Shown: positions 14,756 to 29,920 of the stretch, in pieces
How positions within the stretch are numbered: position 1 is the first letter of the stretch
Layout: the number at the start of each line of letters is the position of its first letter
Assembly: GCF_001194135.2 (NCBI RefSeq)
Contig: NC_068994.1
Coordinates: 50,470,368-50,534,367 of the forward strand
Source: Octopus bimaculoides
Taxonomy: Eukaryota
Direction of reading: 5' to 3'
Length of the DNA stretch: 64,000 nucleotides
The notes under the pieces: generated by a model
What the model was told of the DNA's origin: nothing
The model's database searches: none
Seen by the model: only the letters and a program-made list of their open reading frames with translations
Translations under genes and position numbers: made by a program

Positions 14756-16074
14756 CACCACACCTAATGACATACAATCAATGACAATGTGACCTACTTC
14801 ACCTAACAAATAGCTGCGATTGCACAAGAGCCAAGTATTATTTGCTTAAAACCTCAAACCAGACAGCACTGTTGCAGTTTATGGCAGTATAGGAAAATAG
14901 ATAGTAAAATAGCTATGGCAGCTGTGGTGTTGGTGGTGATGATGGTGGTGAAAAACTGGCTGTGATGGAGGTGGTGACAGTAGTGATGGAGGTGGTGACA
15001 GTAGTGGTGGTGGTGGTGGTGGTGGTATTCTTTACAAATGTGTCCTTTTGCATTGTTTCTCTCTAAACTGAAGAAAAACAAAAGCCAGACTTGTGTGGGA
15101 GCCGGTCTTCCAGAATAGGACAGTTTACAGGACAAGGGTTTTGAAAGATAATGCTTGGACCCCACTCCCACGCAAAAATAAATAAATAAATAAATAACCG
15201 ATCTGCTAATCCTCCTGTACCCCCCCCCACCCGCCATCACGTCAGGTGATGTAAAACTTTTGCGCCTATCACTCATAGCAAACAAAAGCAGTCAAAAGAA
15301 AGAGGGGAGAGGGGGAAGTGAGAAACAGAGAAAGGAGGAGAAAGAAGAGAAAGAGGTGTTATGTAAGAAAATACAAAATGAAAAGCGAGAGCAAACAAAA
15401 AAAAAAAAGCCAAGGACCATCCATGAGATTGTACCATGCTGAAGAAGATACCAAGCCATCGACAGAGTCACACTCACAGACGCCAAAGGTTCCAATCCAG
15501 AGGGCAACAGGATAAAGCTTAAGTGAGTGTACGTATAGATGGGCCCTCCTAAGCAAATAACCTTTTAAAATGCATACAGATTATCAAAGTCAATGCAAAA
15601 AAACCAAGGTGACAGAAAGACCAAAGAAGTGTGCATGTGGGAGGGAGAGAGAGAGAGAGAGTCAACCTTAGTGACAAATATTCTGGAAAACTGGAGCACA
15701 ATAAAACACATGCTCAGTGAAGCTAGAGTGCTCTACTTTCAACCAGATACAGGAAGTAATGAATTCAATCAGGCGTGAACTTCTGCCAAAACTTGATATA
15801 GTTTCTATTGCATTGTACAGATACACACAAAGAAGATTGTTTATGAAGAGTATTTTTTTTTCTTTTTTTCTCTTCGTTCAGTTTTTCCCATTACACCTAT
15901 CTCACCAACAGATACAGCATAAGCCAACAAAAGGAGTCACTAACTACATAGCTGCCAGACACTCACAGGGCATGACAGAATGGACTGGCCAGTTAATGCA
16001 AGCAACAAATGGACTCTCTTGTACACATTGAGTACTTTTCCTGCAATTTGTACTACATCAAATCATTTCTTCTT

Positions 16075-16370
16075 TTATTCCTTCACTTGTTTCAGTCATT
16101 TGACCGTGGCCATGCTGGAACACCACCATGAAGGGCTTTTAGTTGAGCCAAATTGACCCCCAGGACTTATTTTTTAGGCCTAGTACTTATTCTATTGGTC
16201 TCTTTTGCTGAACCACTAAGTTACAGGGACATAAACACACCAGCATAGGTTGTCAAGCAATGGTGGGGGAGAGGGCCAAACAGATGCAAAGATACAAATA
16301 CACACACACATATTCCAGACATATATATATATATATACATACCTACATACATACAATGGGCTTTTTTCAG
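16075..16370 (-). mobile_element. SINE family A, 3' half
   Basis: Reverse-complement tail and body up to the central microsatellite. Confidence 0.8.
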
Positions 16371-16702
16371 GGTGAATACAATTAAATACCAGTCGAGCAT
16401 TGGGGTATCAATTTAATCAACTGAATCCCTGCCACTGAAATAACTGGCCTTGTGCCAAAATTTTGAAATAATTACTGTCATCATCATGATCATCATTATC
16501 ACTGCAACTATTACTGTAGTATCATTATTTAAATTTTTCTTTTCTTTCTTTATTTTTTTTTCAATGAACAGACAGGTGAAGTGACACAAACAGACATTAT
16601 ATACCGAAAACTGCTCAATTTGCAGAAGTATTAGAAAGTTGCCAAACAACACGGCTAACATAACATTGCTGATACAGCCTGTGATTGTGATGATACTACC
16701 AC

Positions 16703-16742
<40 letters not shown>

Positions 16743-16955
16743 GACACACACACACACATACACACCCTAGTCCAGTTTCCACCACACCACAGGCAAGCAG
16801 AACAAATATTTGTACAATAGTCTCTGAGTGAGTCAGAAAGTTCCCACACAATGTTGTCCTAAAATTGTAAAGCCTCTCTCTTTCTCTCTCTCTGCCAGGC
16901 TGTTATTGACAAAACTGCAATACTGTTTTATGGTATCTACCACACTATTTGTAGT

Positions 16956-16957
<2 letters not shown>

Positions 16958-17019
<62 letters not shown>
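16958..17019. repeat. (TG)n microsatellite abutting an N gap
   Basis: Direct read. Comparable arrays: (TA)n 1876-1922 and 2593-2629, (AAT)n 33252-33305, (GAT)n 39836-39876, (GA)n 57620-57708. Confidence 0.95.
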
Positions 17020-18644
17020 NNNNNNNNNNNNNNNNNNNNNNNNNNNNNNNNNNNNNNNNNNNNNNNNNNNNNNNNNNNNNNNNNNNNNNNNNNNNNNNNN
17101 NNNNNNNNNNNNNNNNNNNNNNNNNNNNNNNNNNNNNNNNNNNNNNNNNNNNNNNNNNNNNNNNNNNNNNNNNNNNNNNNNNNNNNNNNNNNNNNNNNNN
17201 NNNNNNNNNNNNNNNNNNNNNNNNNNNNNNNNNNNNNNNNNNNNNNNNNNNNNNNNNNNNNNNNNNNNNNNNNNNNNNNNNNNNNNNNNNNNNNNNNNNN
17301 NNNNNNNNNNNNNNNNNNNNNNNNNNNNNNNNNNNNNNNNNNNNNNNNNNNNNNNNNNNNNNNNNNNNNNNNNNNNNNNNNNNNNNNNNNNNNNNNNNNN
17401 NNNNNNNNNNNNNNNNNNNNNNNNNNNNNNNNNNNNNNNNNNNNNNNNNNNNNNNNNNNNNNNNNNNNNNNNNNNNNNNNNNNNNNNNNNNNNNNNNNNN
17501 NNNNNNNNNNNNNNNNNNNNNNNNNNNNNNNNNNNNNNNNNNNNNNNNNNNNNNNNNNNNNNNNNNNNNNNNNNNNNNNNNNNNNNNNNNNNNNNNNNNN
17601 NNNNNNNNNNNNNNNNNNNNNNNNNNNNNNNNNNNNNNNNNNNNNNNNNNNNNNNNNNNNNNNNNNNNNNNNNNNNNNNNNNNNNNNNNNNNNNNNNNNN
17701 NNNNNNNNNNNNNNNNNNNNNNNNNNNNNNNNNNNNNNNNNNNNNNNNNNNNNNNNNNNNNNNNNNNNNNNNNNNNNNNNNNNNNNNNNNNNNNNNNNNN
17801 NNNNNNNNNNNNNNNNNNNNNNNNNNNNNNNNNNNNNNNNNNNNNNNNNNNNNNNNNNNNNNNNNNNNNNNAAGAATCAAGAAAGAATCTAAGAGATAAT
17901 GAATGCTTTCTTCTCATCATTGTTTCTGCTGCCGCCGCTCCCACTGTCACCATTTACCATCCATTTTCTATACCAGCATGGGCTGGAAGGTTCACCATAA
18001 ACCAGTGAACCAGAAGACTACATCAAGAGCCAATATCCTGCTTTGGCATGATTTCTAAAGATGGATACCCTCCGTAACACCTACCACTTGACAAAGTGTA
18101 CTGGGTGGTTTTCCTTTTTCTTTTTTTTTTTTAGATCAGCATTTGAAAGGAAGCCATGCCCTTGTGAAAGCAAAAGGGATCTCACTACAACATACGTTGG
18201 CTCGCTTTTCTGCCACAATAGGGCAATAAAACTCTGCAAGAAAACTATTTTTGCAGGTGCCGCCAATTGGGAAGCACTCAGCATTCTGCGATACAAATAT
18301 GCAAGGCAATATGACTGATGGCTGGGTGGTGACAGAAGTCTATGTGAACCAGAAGATAGAGATGACGGACAGACTCCAATGACCCAGGATGTATGAGAGA
18401 AAAGAAATAAGAGTAGGCTGGCAGATGAAAGACAGCAAACGGAGTGACATGCGATGATAGGTAGTACTATATACATACATTAATGGTGATAAGCTTATAC
18501 TCTCTTTGTGAACAAGAGCAAGTAACCAATCTCTGATGAGATATTAATAAACATTATGAACTAGTCACAATGCTCTCTTTATCTGGCAAGAGAGAAAAGC
18601 AGTTGTGATTTAACCAGTGTCTACTTTTCACAATGGAATTTAGG

Positions 18645-18841
18645 TGGGCCGCATGCAACCCCATATATTCTACCTGTTTTATATTCAGATCTGACCTCTC
18701 ACACGTACCTTTCAATAATATTCTAAAAATAGAACAATCACACCACTGAAATCTTAAAGCTAGGAGACAATGAATGATTAATTCCAAACAATGCGAATAA
18801 ATACGCATCACATTTGACAGAGTTATCTGAATGCCAAAGGG
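18645..18841. mobile_element. piggyBac-type MITE, family P1, one end lost
   Basis: Internal sequence matches P1 and the copy ends AATGCCAAAGGG|TTAA. The left TIR is not recognisable. Confidence 0.75.
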
Positions 18842-18906
18842 TTAAATGTTTTTTTCCTAAAAGCACAGAACTGTATTTTTCGCTCCATTATATGTACCAT
18901 TATCTA

Positions 18907-19239
<333 letters not shown>

Positions 19240-19374
19240 TCAATTCAACTGTGACATGTTTTACCAAATTAGGAAACAAGAAAATATGGAGCCAATTCTG
19301 AGCAGGATTTGAAGCTAAAGTTAAAAAACCTGGTAAAAAACATTAGAGTGTTGGAAAACAATATCTTGCAGAAT

Positions 19375-20340
19375 TCTAGCTCTTTACGTTCAAATCCTGC
19401 TGAAGACAACTTTGCCTTTCATTCTTTCGGAGTCAATGAAATAGAGTACCAGTCAGGTTGTGAGGTTGATGGTGTCGACTAAACCTCTCCCTCGAATTCC
19501 AGGCATTACACCCATGCTAAAAATTATTATTATTATTATCATCTGATGAGATATTAATAAACACTAGCGGCGAGCTGGCAGAAACGTTAGCAGTATTTCG
19601 TCTACCCTTACGTTCTGAGTTCAAATTCCGGCGAGGTTGACTGCCTTTCATCCTTTCAGGGTCGATAAATTAAGTACCAGTTGCATACTGGGTCAATCTA
19701 ATCAACTGGCCCCCTTCCCAAAATGCTTGGCGGCATTTTGTCCGTCTTCGCTTTCTGAGTTCAAATTCTGTATAGGTTGACTTTGCCATTCATCCTCTCA
19801 AGGTCAATAAACTAACAGTCGAGTACTGGGGTCGATGTAACTGACTTTTCCTCTCCCCCAAAACTGGTACCATTGTGCCAAAATCTGAATTATTATTATT
19901 AATAATATTAGGGCCATGAGCAGGGGCAATTGTTAGAGCATCAAGAAACACAGTTTGCAATATTTGTTCTGGTGGTGCTTTGTTACCACTGAAGTTGGCT
20001 TTGTCTTTCATCCTTTCAAAGTTGACAAAATAAGACACCAGTCAAGTACTAGGGCCAATGTAATCAACTAATCCCCTGGCCATCAAATTTCTGCCCTTGT
20101 GCCAACATTTGAGGCAAATCATCACCATCATTGTTTGTGTTGCTGTAATCTTTATTTTTAAGGCAGTGAGCTGGCAGAATTGTTAGGATGCTGGGTGAAA
20201 AGCTTAGTGGCATTTTGTCCATCTTTACGTTCTGAGTTCAAATCCAGCCAGGATCAACTTTGCCTTTCATCCTTTTGGGGTTGATAAAATGAGTATTGGA
20301 ATTAATATAATCAAGACCCCTCACCCAAAATTTCAGTAGA
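19375..20340 (+). mobile_element. Cluster of about 5 co-oriented SINE family B copies or fragments
   Basis: Repeated GAGCTGGCAGAA...TTACGTTCTGAGTTCAAAT...CTTTGCCTTTCATCCTTT...GTCGATAAA...GTACCAG units separated by (ATT)n. Confidence 0.8.
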
Positions 20341-20344
20341 AAGG

Positions 20345-20376
<32 letters not shown>

Positions 20377-21414
20377 ATATTTTTTCCAAGATGAGTTTAT
20401 GATGAAATTTCCTTTTCTTTCTCTGGTATTTTTGACCAAGGATTGAACTTGGAACATTTATTTTTACCAACAGGCTGTGCTATTCAGAAGAACAATATTA
20501 TTTAATGTACCTACGCAGTTGTCACCCATGCCAATAACCCCTCCCTGTCACATGGCTGAGACAAGTCTATAGCAATATGCGCTTTGCACAAAGCAAACAT
20601 TGTTAGTGACATATATTTCTTTTTTTTTTCCCCTTGAGATGTGAGGCCAGCCAGGAGAGTGTGGAACTGACAGGCTTATCTAGACATTGGGGTTTGGATC
20701 AATCTTAGTTTCTCCCTCACCACCACCTAACTACCGGCTGTTTAAGCACGATTATATCTTAGCTGCCTTTTCCAGCAAAACTCAACCACTTTATGTTGCA
20801 CTGTTCAGCCACTTTGATTCATAAAGCTCTGGGGAGGTAATACACTAAGTGAATTTCAATTGTAAACTTGGAGATGAACAACAACTGGACATTATGAAAT
20901 ATAAAACTTTTTTTTCTTCTAAACTTTAAAAATTTCAAATGACAAACTGTGTCTATGTAAGCTAGACTCTAAAGAAGTCACATATAGAACTGAAATGTGT
21001 TTAATCAAATTACACAGAAATAAAACATTTCATATTTCATCTACGATTATTATACCATGCTTATTTATATAAACTTAACATTTCTACGACCATATTTCTA
21101 ATGAGATCACACTGTCCACGTGTTTCAATTAATTTCGAAAATAATCAAGAATTTGGAAGGATTTAATAAAATTACTTCTTACATAATTAAACCAGTGGGA
21201 AAACAACTGAATATAATAATGACATGTTTGCACATAAAAATTAGGACAGAAAGTTTTAATTTAAACATGAAGAGGTTAATAAAATGGATGGTTTTGCATC
21301 AAAGAACCAGAAGTGGTCTCTGGCGGCTGGTTATGAAAACAGATAAATAAGATTTCTCAGTTTTTCTTACTTTGTGATTACCGGTTTTATTTGGTTTATA
21401 TTTTAATTTTCAAT

Positions 21415-21910
21415 ATCAAGCTGGCAGAATTGTTAGTACACTGGATAAAATGCTTAGCATTCTATACATTCTAAGTTCAAACTCCACCGAGGTTGAATTT
21501 GCCTTCTGTCCTTTCAGGGTCGATGTAATCAACTTAACCCCTCCTCAAAATTGCTGGCCTTGTGCCAAAATTTGAAACTAATATTTCTTTCCACTGTCAT
21601 CAATCTCTTAGCTTAACAGTACAGAACGCTCAGCTGGAATTTGAGACGCACAGGGTTTGATTCTCTGTAGAGGCATGCTGGCCAATCTAAATAGAAGTGG
21701 TGAGCTGGCAGAATTGTTAGCATTCTGGACACAATGCTTAGCAGAATTTCATCCATCTTTCCATTTATGCTAAAATTCCGCCGAGGTCAACTTGACCTTT
21801 CACCTTTTCCGGGTCGATAAAATAGTACCAGTAGAGGACAAGGGTCAATGTAATCAACTTATTTCCTTTCTCAAACTTGCTGGCCTTGTGCAAAAATTTG
21901 AAACCAATAT
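21415..21910 (+). mobile_element. Two SINE family B copies
   Basis: Same consensus, ending GGCCTTGTGCCAAAATTTGAAAC. Confidence 0.8.
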
Positions 21911-23000
21911 TTTGTTCAACTATTTTACCCACATATATTTTCTGCTTTTAGCAATTTCCTTCACTTACACTACATTTCCCCACTGTGCTGTTGTATCTCA
22001 GAATAATTACACAGATCATTGTGCCATCATTCAGAAAATTACTTTTAAAGCAAGAGGAACACTGAAACATGTTAATCGTGGTGAAAGGGAACAAGGCTGA
22101 GTATTGACTGGGTACTTGCTGTGACCATCTCAACCACAACAAACACCACTGTTTCTGAAAAGCCTTGAATTCAGAGCAAGGATATAGTTGATAATATAAT
22201 ATTAACTTCAGTACTCAATTGGTGCTTATTTTATCGATCCTGAAAGAACGAAGGACTAAACTTCCATTTAGAAAGTTTAGAGATACATCAATGTACAACA
22301 TAGTCGCCCATAGCTTCTAGACTGAAGGCATTTCAGAATAAACAGTTCAGTCAATTTATGTTGAAGTGTTAAATCTTTCCAAGAACAGCAACACACTTGT
22401 CCACCACTAGAGTTCAATGGAATTCAATAATCCATAGACTGCCATGTACCTGACTATACTCCAGATGCTAGGCACCCCGATGTTATATTTGTACTTGGCC
22501 GAAGTCTAAACATTTTGGAGATCACGTCCAGTAGTTAACAGAAATTAGTTTTATCAATCCAGGAACAGCAAAAGGCAAAGTCAAACCTGATGAAATTTCA
22601 CACNNNNNNNNNNNNNNNNNNNNNNNNNNNNNNNNNNNNNNNNNNNNNNNNNNNNNNNNNNNNNNNNNNNTATTTGAATACAGCAAGATGTTTTCACCAA
22701 TGCTGTTACCTTTTTGTCCAATCTACCACCATATCTAACAATAATTATAATGTCAATGGCACACAAGTATGGTGTCTCATAGAAGAGTGAAAGAAAGACA
22801 AAGCAAAAGATGAAGGAAACTAGAGTGAGAGAGAGAAAGAGAGTATAATATTTACTCATTTCCACTGAGAGAATTATGTAAATTAGGTGAGAAACAGTTG
22901 AGCTGTTTTTGTTTTGGATATCTTTATACTGTTTTGAAGTTGGTTAGATCAAAGATTATGATAGTAACACATTGTTTACACAAGAGAGAGGAAAAATAAA

Positions 23001-23034
<34 letters not shown>

Positions 23035-25272
23035 TGGATAGGCAGTGTGGATCAGGGCAGGGTAAATACAGAATAAAATGGAAGAGATAGTGAGAAGAAG
23101 AGGAGAGGCAAGATCGTAGTTAGAGAGAGAGAGAGATGGGGAATAGAGATATGCGAGAAAGTAAGAGACAAGAGAGATGAGGGTAAGGTAAATGCAACAA
23201 GAGAGTGTCCACAGACAAAGTGAGATGAATGCAAGAGGAGTGCATGTGGAGAGAGAGAACAGGAGGAGCAAAGAGAGGTAGGCAAGAAGAATGTGCAGCA
23301 ATGATAAAGATAAAGCAGCAGCTGGCGTGTGAATAGTCATTGTGTCTGCATTGACGGAGTGCAACTTTCCAAAGAGACAATAGGGAGAGTCATGTGAACA
23401 AAAGTAGGTGGTATGCAGGAGTTCAAGTTATTTATTGCTGTCAGCTCTAATCTAGCAGCCCTTTGATCAAAGATGTCCCAGCTGTGATCTTTCTATTTTA
23501 TATTATTTTCTTTTTTCAGACAGTATATCTAGGATTACATAATGTGTCCATTCCGTCAAAACAGGCGAAAAGGAGTGGTTGGGGATAAAATTTGACCATT
23601 ATTTCTAATATGGTCAGACAACTACAAGCATGCTCTCTTATCATTAGCTCTGAGACTCCAGCATTATTTGTATTTTAGTTTATCCATCAAATCTATGACA
23701 ATAAAATAAACTAAAAAAAACAAAAAAACATTATAGCTATTTGTTGTTCAGTCAATTTACCAAGAACTACATTACGTAAACTTTCCTTCTTTTGTTAAAA
23801 CATCAGAGCATGATTTGAAAAGAGGTTAGGGTTGTGATTTCCAGCAGCTCAAAACAACAGCATGGAGGTTCTTTCTCTTGCTGGTGCTGAGAAGCTCTAA
23901 CTGTGAGATGATAAGATAACAGCAAATCCAATGATACAGTGCAAGTTCAATTCTCAGTGAAACCATCTGACTTTAATATCTAGTTTCCATAGCTGTGATT
24001 AAAGCTATAATACAAGCAGCTAGGAGATAAACTAGTTCAACCATGATGTCTCGCCTGTGACAACCAGACATGAGCAAGAGGGGGCAGTACATTTTCACAA
24101 AGGTGTATTTGTAAGCTAAAGACGCTAAGATGAGACACAATGGCCTACTTGCCACCATGTACAAATCACACAAAGGCAGGTTGCATAGACAGACTTACTT
24201 TCCTTATTTTAATGCATTTATATCCAGCCAGCTGTTGGCTTTTGCCAGAACAATTGCTCGGTTTTGGATACAGTGTGTGTACAGTGGGGCTTCCTTATTT
24301 ATCATTAAATACTGTATAGAACAAAACCTTTGGCAAACTCTTTTCATAACTATACAAATGCACATCTGTGTGGGGTGCAATGTGTATTGGTGTGGTGTGT
24401 GCATGCACACACACACATGCTAACTTAAAACCAGCAGGATCAAGACATGCCTAATGCCCCATTTTCTTTTTGTTTTCAGCTTCATAAAGTGTTTTGTTAC
24501 TGAAGTGTGTATATTAAACTGGCATATGCACCAACAATAACAAAAAACTCATCTCTGTATCATATTTAATGTGTGTATATAGATATATACACTGCTGATA
24601 GACATGATGCTGTGATTTTGTGAGAGAGAAAATCTCTTCAGAAACATGCTGTGTTAAAAACACAATATACACCAGAGGTTAATGATCATCATCCCAGCAG
24701 TGACCCACGAAGACCTCATGTTTTGGCTTCTTTGAACCTTGTGAATGGCATGTATTTGGTAGTCTACATGTCTACTTGAAATCTGTCCCCTCCAATGTAT
24801 AAGAAACTGAAGAATAAAACACTCTTGGTTCACCTAAAACAAGCATTAGTAACTAACTGCTGGTGTATTTGGCGACAGTCTTGGTACCTACAGATATGGT
24901 GTGTTTGGCTAATTCACCAGAAAGGAGAAGACAGCCAGCAGTCGTTACTTCACGGCTACTGAAGGACGAACGTTTGTTGTAGTGAGCCTAATGTCTAGAC
25001 TCAAGCTATTTTTTCAAAAAACATCGACAAAACTGTTCATGATAGACATAGCTTTACTGAAGGTACTGGTGTCAGGGTGGACTTGTTTCAACACTTTGTA
25101 AAAGTAGATAAAACAGCTTTCCTGTCTTTTCCTTCTCTTCTGCTTATCCCCAAAAGCATGCAGGTTTAACCTTAGTGATTTTCTTTGTTCCTTTAAGGGC
25201 TAAACATTAAATAGTTTGTTAGTGTTTAGAGCAAAACAACTGCTCTAATGAATGGGAAAAGTCCCTTTAGAC

Positions 25273-25494
25273 CAGTGGTCCTTAACTAGGGTCCACATAA
25301 GATTTCGCTGTGAAAATTAACATGCAATGAATCGGGTAGACTTCTACAATGCACAAGATATTTTAATTTTTTAATACAATTCCTTATATTTTATTACAAA
25401 AATATAACAGGATTTTAAAAAATATTGAACGACTATAGGGGTCCAAAATAGGAATCAAAGGGGTCTATAGGCAAAAAGTGATTGAGAAACACTG
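25273..25494. mobile_element. hAT (Charlie-like) MITE
   Basis: Imperfect TIR CAGTGGTCCTTAAC / ATTGAGAAACACTG, with an exact 8-bp TSD CTTTAGAC at 25265-25272 and 25495-25502. Confidence 0.85.
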
Positions 25495-25808
25495 CTTTAG
25501 ACAGTCTCTAAGGTATCAAAGTTAGGTACCAATGGTCATTAAAATAGTCTTGATTTTATTTTTTTGCAATTCAAATGCTGCCATGCTCAGATTTGCTAAT
25601 TACCCTCAATTTGAATGGAGATCATAAAACTGGAAGATACATTGCTAACGATTCTGCCAGTGCATTGCCTTAAGGTTTAATAGTAATAATAATCAACATA
25701 TAACAAGCTGATACAATTAAATAACATTAAGCTATTGAAATGTTGAAAATCTTTAACCCAACAACTTCATTCATCTTTAGTAGAATTTTTTTTCTATTTC
25801 ACATTTTC

Positions 25809-25848
<40 letters not shown>

Positions 25849-28800
25849 TTTCTTTCATTTCTCTTATTTTTTAATGAGAACGCAATTCTCTCCTGTTTAC
25901 ACATACCTCTTTTGTGCCTGAACTAACAATGTCACATTCACCTTACCAATCAACTGTATATAGTCGTTTTACCACAACTTATCCCCCCACCACCACCACT
26001 CAACCCAGCCTAACCCATATATCGATCCACTGTATCAGCACTCCTTCGTTCTCTCTCTCTCTCTCAATTGCTCTCCCACAAGCTCCTTTCACCACATTGC
26101 AGGAGAATTTCTCCCTGCCCTTTTTATTATGCTTAACTTTAGAATATACAACAGCTGTTACATAATGTGACATGATTCATAAGGTTAATTTATGTATTTT
26201 CAATTGAAAATGAAGGGAGTAAAAAGAAAGAAAAAAAAAACAGAAAAGAGTATTTTTCACTTTTTTTTTTCTTCTTCAATATTAATACAAATGAGTTTGC
26301 ATGCAAACAGAAGATTTTGTTAAGAAAGTAGCAGAAAGAAAATAACGAGAACATAAAACAATGAAATAATACAAAATGAGATTTTAAATTTAATATCTTC
26401 CACTCATGGAGACCTTATTACCAAGCACTCGTGCACTCTTTTCTTTAACCTGAAAGAAATACATGTGTTGACAAAAAAAAGACTCACCAAGGGAATAAAC
26501 AAACGTAGCAAATACCCAAACTAAACAATGCACAGGGAACTCAACAAAATAAAACAACAAAAACAAATAATCTTTGCTCATCATCGCCATCATTTTTAAT
26601 GTCCAATTTTCCATGCTTCCAAGGGTCAGATGGAATTCAGATTCAGTGGAGCAGGTTTTCTATGGAAGGATGCCTTTCCAGTCACCAACACTCACTTGTT
26701 TCAAAACCAGTTGATATTTTCCTATGGCCAGACATATTTCCACAGATGACCAAAAGATGAACACTGCTTGCATGGCAGTGACTCTTGTTTACAACTATTG
26801 TAGAATGTCAAGACAAGAAGAAACAACCTCCTCACCGCATACACACATCCCTCTCTACACATGGCAGGCTTCTTTCAGTTTCTTTCTTACAATTACATTT
26901 CGACAATGTACAGCTAGTATTATACTGAGGGTGTTCCACTAAAAACAGATGAATCTTTGAGAATGACAAAAGCCATGCAACAACTTAAACAATGTACCAC
27001 TAGTTATATCTTTACCTGTTGCCAGTCCCCACTTGTTTCTAAAAAAAAAGTAATATTTCCCCATAGCTAGACATGATTCTCACAGCTGCATGACAGTAAT
27101 GCTCATTTACAACCATCACAAGATGTCCAGAAAAGGTACACACACATACACACACAAGCTTCTTTCAATTTCCATTTATCAGATCCATTGGCAAGGTGCA
27201 GTGCAGCAGGACTGAACCCAAGACCACATGGTTGGAAAGCAAGCATCTCAACCACTTATACCCTCTCTCTCTCTCTCTGATACACACAGTAATATTTATC
27301 ATACCAAAGTTCTTCATATTATCAAGTTATTTTTACAGAAATACTTCGCCACCTCTTTGTCAGATGCATATATTAGCTGTAACTTGTATGTTTACTTTAT
27401 AATAGTTTATACACTCACATATCCACACATATATAGTGTAGGGCATTTTTTAAAAAACTAATTCAGAGCAAACATTGATAAAACAGTTGCAATAATTATG
27501 CCAGGAAATGCTCATGATATAATAATAAAACACAAACTAAGCTACAAGAAAGAAATATATAAAATAAAGATTCTGAAAATATTAAGACAATTGAAATTAA
27601 ACACACACACACGCCTTGCAAGGAGAAACCATTCATGGTTTGTTGATGATAAAGTTGAAAACAATATCATTTATAACCAAGAAGACTACCGGTGATCAGC
27701 AATGGTAAAAATCTAGTCGATGATAAAAAATGGGGCATGATAGAGTGCTGCAAGAAAAGAGAATATCTTTCATTAGACACTAGTGAATGGCCCAGAACCA
27801 TTTTGCAAATGGAGAGAGATACGTCTTTTCTTCAGGTCACATGAACAAACCTCATTCTTTTGTGTGAAAGATAACAAAGCAGCTAAATCCACTACAAATC
27901 ATAACCCACTGTCTTATCAAAAGGAAGATCACATTAAATAATGTGGCTTTAGATGCACTATGTCTGAACAAAAAGATGAGATGGTCATGGCTGGAATGCC
28001 TTTCATTGATGCCTGCTCGTGTCATGACAAGAATGCTTACTCTATCAGAATTGGCATGAGGCTAACCAATAACTTTTGAACATATACAGAAGTGCGTCAG
28101 AAAATTAGTCTTCTTTTTAGAGATATTTTTATTCTTTATTTTGGGGAGAGTATACAACAACGACAACTGATAATATTGAAGGACTACACTACAAATTACA
28201 TACCTGATCATCAAAAATTCAGAACCTACCACCACAGCCATTGGGTTAAACCTCCAGGCCAGGCACCTTAAACTGCTTCAGTTTGCCTGGCTGTCAAACT
28301 GGTTCCATCCCAAAATCAATGTGAAGAGTTTACACAAGACTTAAAATGAATGGCACCTATTATTGCAGCCATAGGCAAAGCACATGATTCTGCTTCATAA
28401 CCAGCTGACAAACAGGTCCTACCTAATCCTACTTCACAGACAGATGCATGACTCATAAGTGAACCATATCACAGCAACCATTCCGTTATGAAATTATCAA
28501 GTTTCATAATTCTGACTAGGAAGAACACAAACACGTCTTAATTAATGTTGTTTATTATTATCTTTTAAGCAAAGACATCCCAATCACATGCTATTTTGGA
28601 GAGAGAAAGAAAAAAAGGGCATTTCCAAAGGAATTAACAAAGGCCTTCAAAACTTCACACAAATTTATGTTATACTGGAATGTAGTGGGTGTTAAGAAGG
28701 ATTAATATTTTGTTAAAGTTGTTGTTGTTATTATTATTATTATTAGCACAAAACATGCCACCAAAATCAACATGTCCACCTACACATACCACATTTAAAA

Positions 28801-29711
28801 AACAAAAACAATATTCGTAAATTCTCTGCAAACTCTTACCATCTTGCTATCATTACAACTGATTTTACAAAGCAAATTTCAATTATGTCTGCTTATTACT
28901 GTTATGATAGAGAAGCCCATTTATAGCAATTCACTTTATTAAAATTTCCTACATTATATTTAAAACAAAAAAAAAACAAAACAAAAGATAAAATGAACTG
29001 AACTGATTTAAAGATTTTGGTATGTGTTTCATCCACAATAGAGCTGTTAGTGATATGAAGTACATCCAGCTGTAACAATAGTGAAAACTGAGAAATGAAG
29101 GCAGGAAAGTAGACGCAACACACAAAGGCTACACATCAATGATAGTAACTTTGAATGAAAACTGAAAGAGGGTAGAGCGAAACTATTTAGTCATGTATGA
29201 AACCTCTCAAAAGTTGGTGGCACAACATAATGCCCCACTGTATACTGTATAGTTGTTGGTGATAGGAAAAGCATCTAGTTATAGGAACCATGTCAAAAAT
29301 GGAACGTATGAAAGCGGGATGGACTCTGCAAGCCTCATTGAAGGCAGCCCGTCTAGGAAGGCAGTAACTACAAACAGCTAATTAATATAGAGGAGGTCAC
29401 TTCAGTCAAGTTGCAGACAATCATTCTAGTGATGGTGGCACACAATATCATGCACCCAGTCCACACTGCAGGACATGCACAACAGATCTGGCCAATTGTT
29501 CTCTGTTGTTGTTCTGCATGCATAATTCTGTGTGCCAGGTAACGATGACAAGAAGAAGAAAAATAAACCGTGGTGAATAGTAACAACTGCCAGCATGGAA
29601 AAATGGACTTAGAAGAATGATGCGTGCCAATGTTCATGGGTGAATGCAGATTTCAACTGCTTAACACCATGTGTACGCACAAATTTATATTCAAATGTTT
29701 GCTGTCTTTAA

Positions 29712-29920
29712 CCCTTTAGCATTTAAACGGGCCATATCCAGCCCCAAATATTCTGTTTTATGTTTAACTCTGACCTCTCACACCTACCCTACAAGGACAT
29801 TCTAGAAATAAAGCAATCTCATAACTGAAGTCTTGAAGGTATGAGACAATGTATGACTAATTCAAAGCAGTACAAATCAATAAGCATTACATTTGACAGA
29901 GTGATTTGAATGCTAAAGGG
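29712..29920. mobile_element. piggyBac-type MITE, family P1
   Basis: Perfect 12-bp TIR CCCTTTAGCATT/AATGCTAAAGGG with TTAA on both sides, 209 bp. Confidence 0.9.

Noticed and set aside
16828-18008. Several ORFs of 300+ aa in all frames
   Set aside because: They consist of N-gap codons and (TG)n translation, so they are artefacts. The same applies to ORFs over the gaps at 32.8 kb, 41.7 kb, 49.6 kb and 60.4 kb.
20508-20530. Minus-strand ATG GGT GAC AAC TGC GTA G|gtacat as an alternative CtBP start exon
   Set aside because: Phase fits, but the donor is weak, there is no similarity to CtBP N-termini, and an upstream ATG is immediately followed by TGA.
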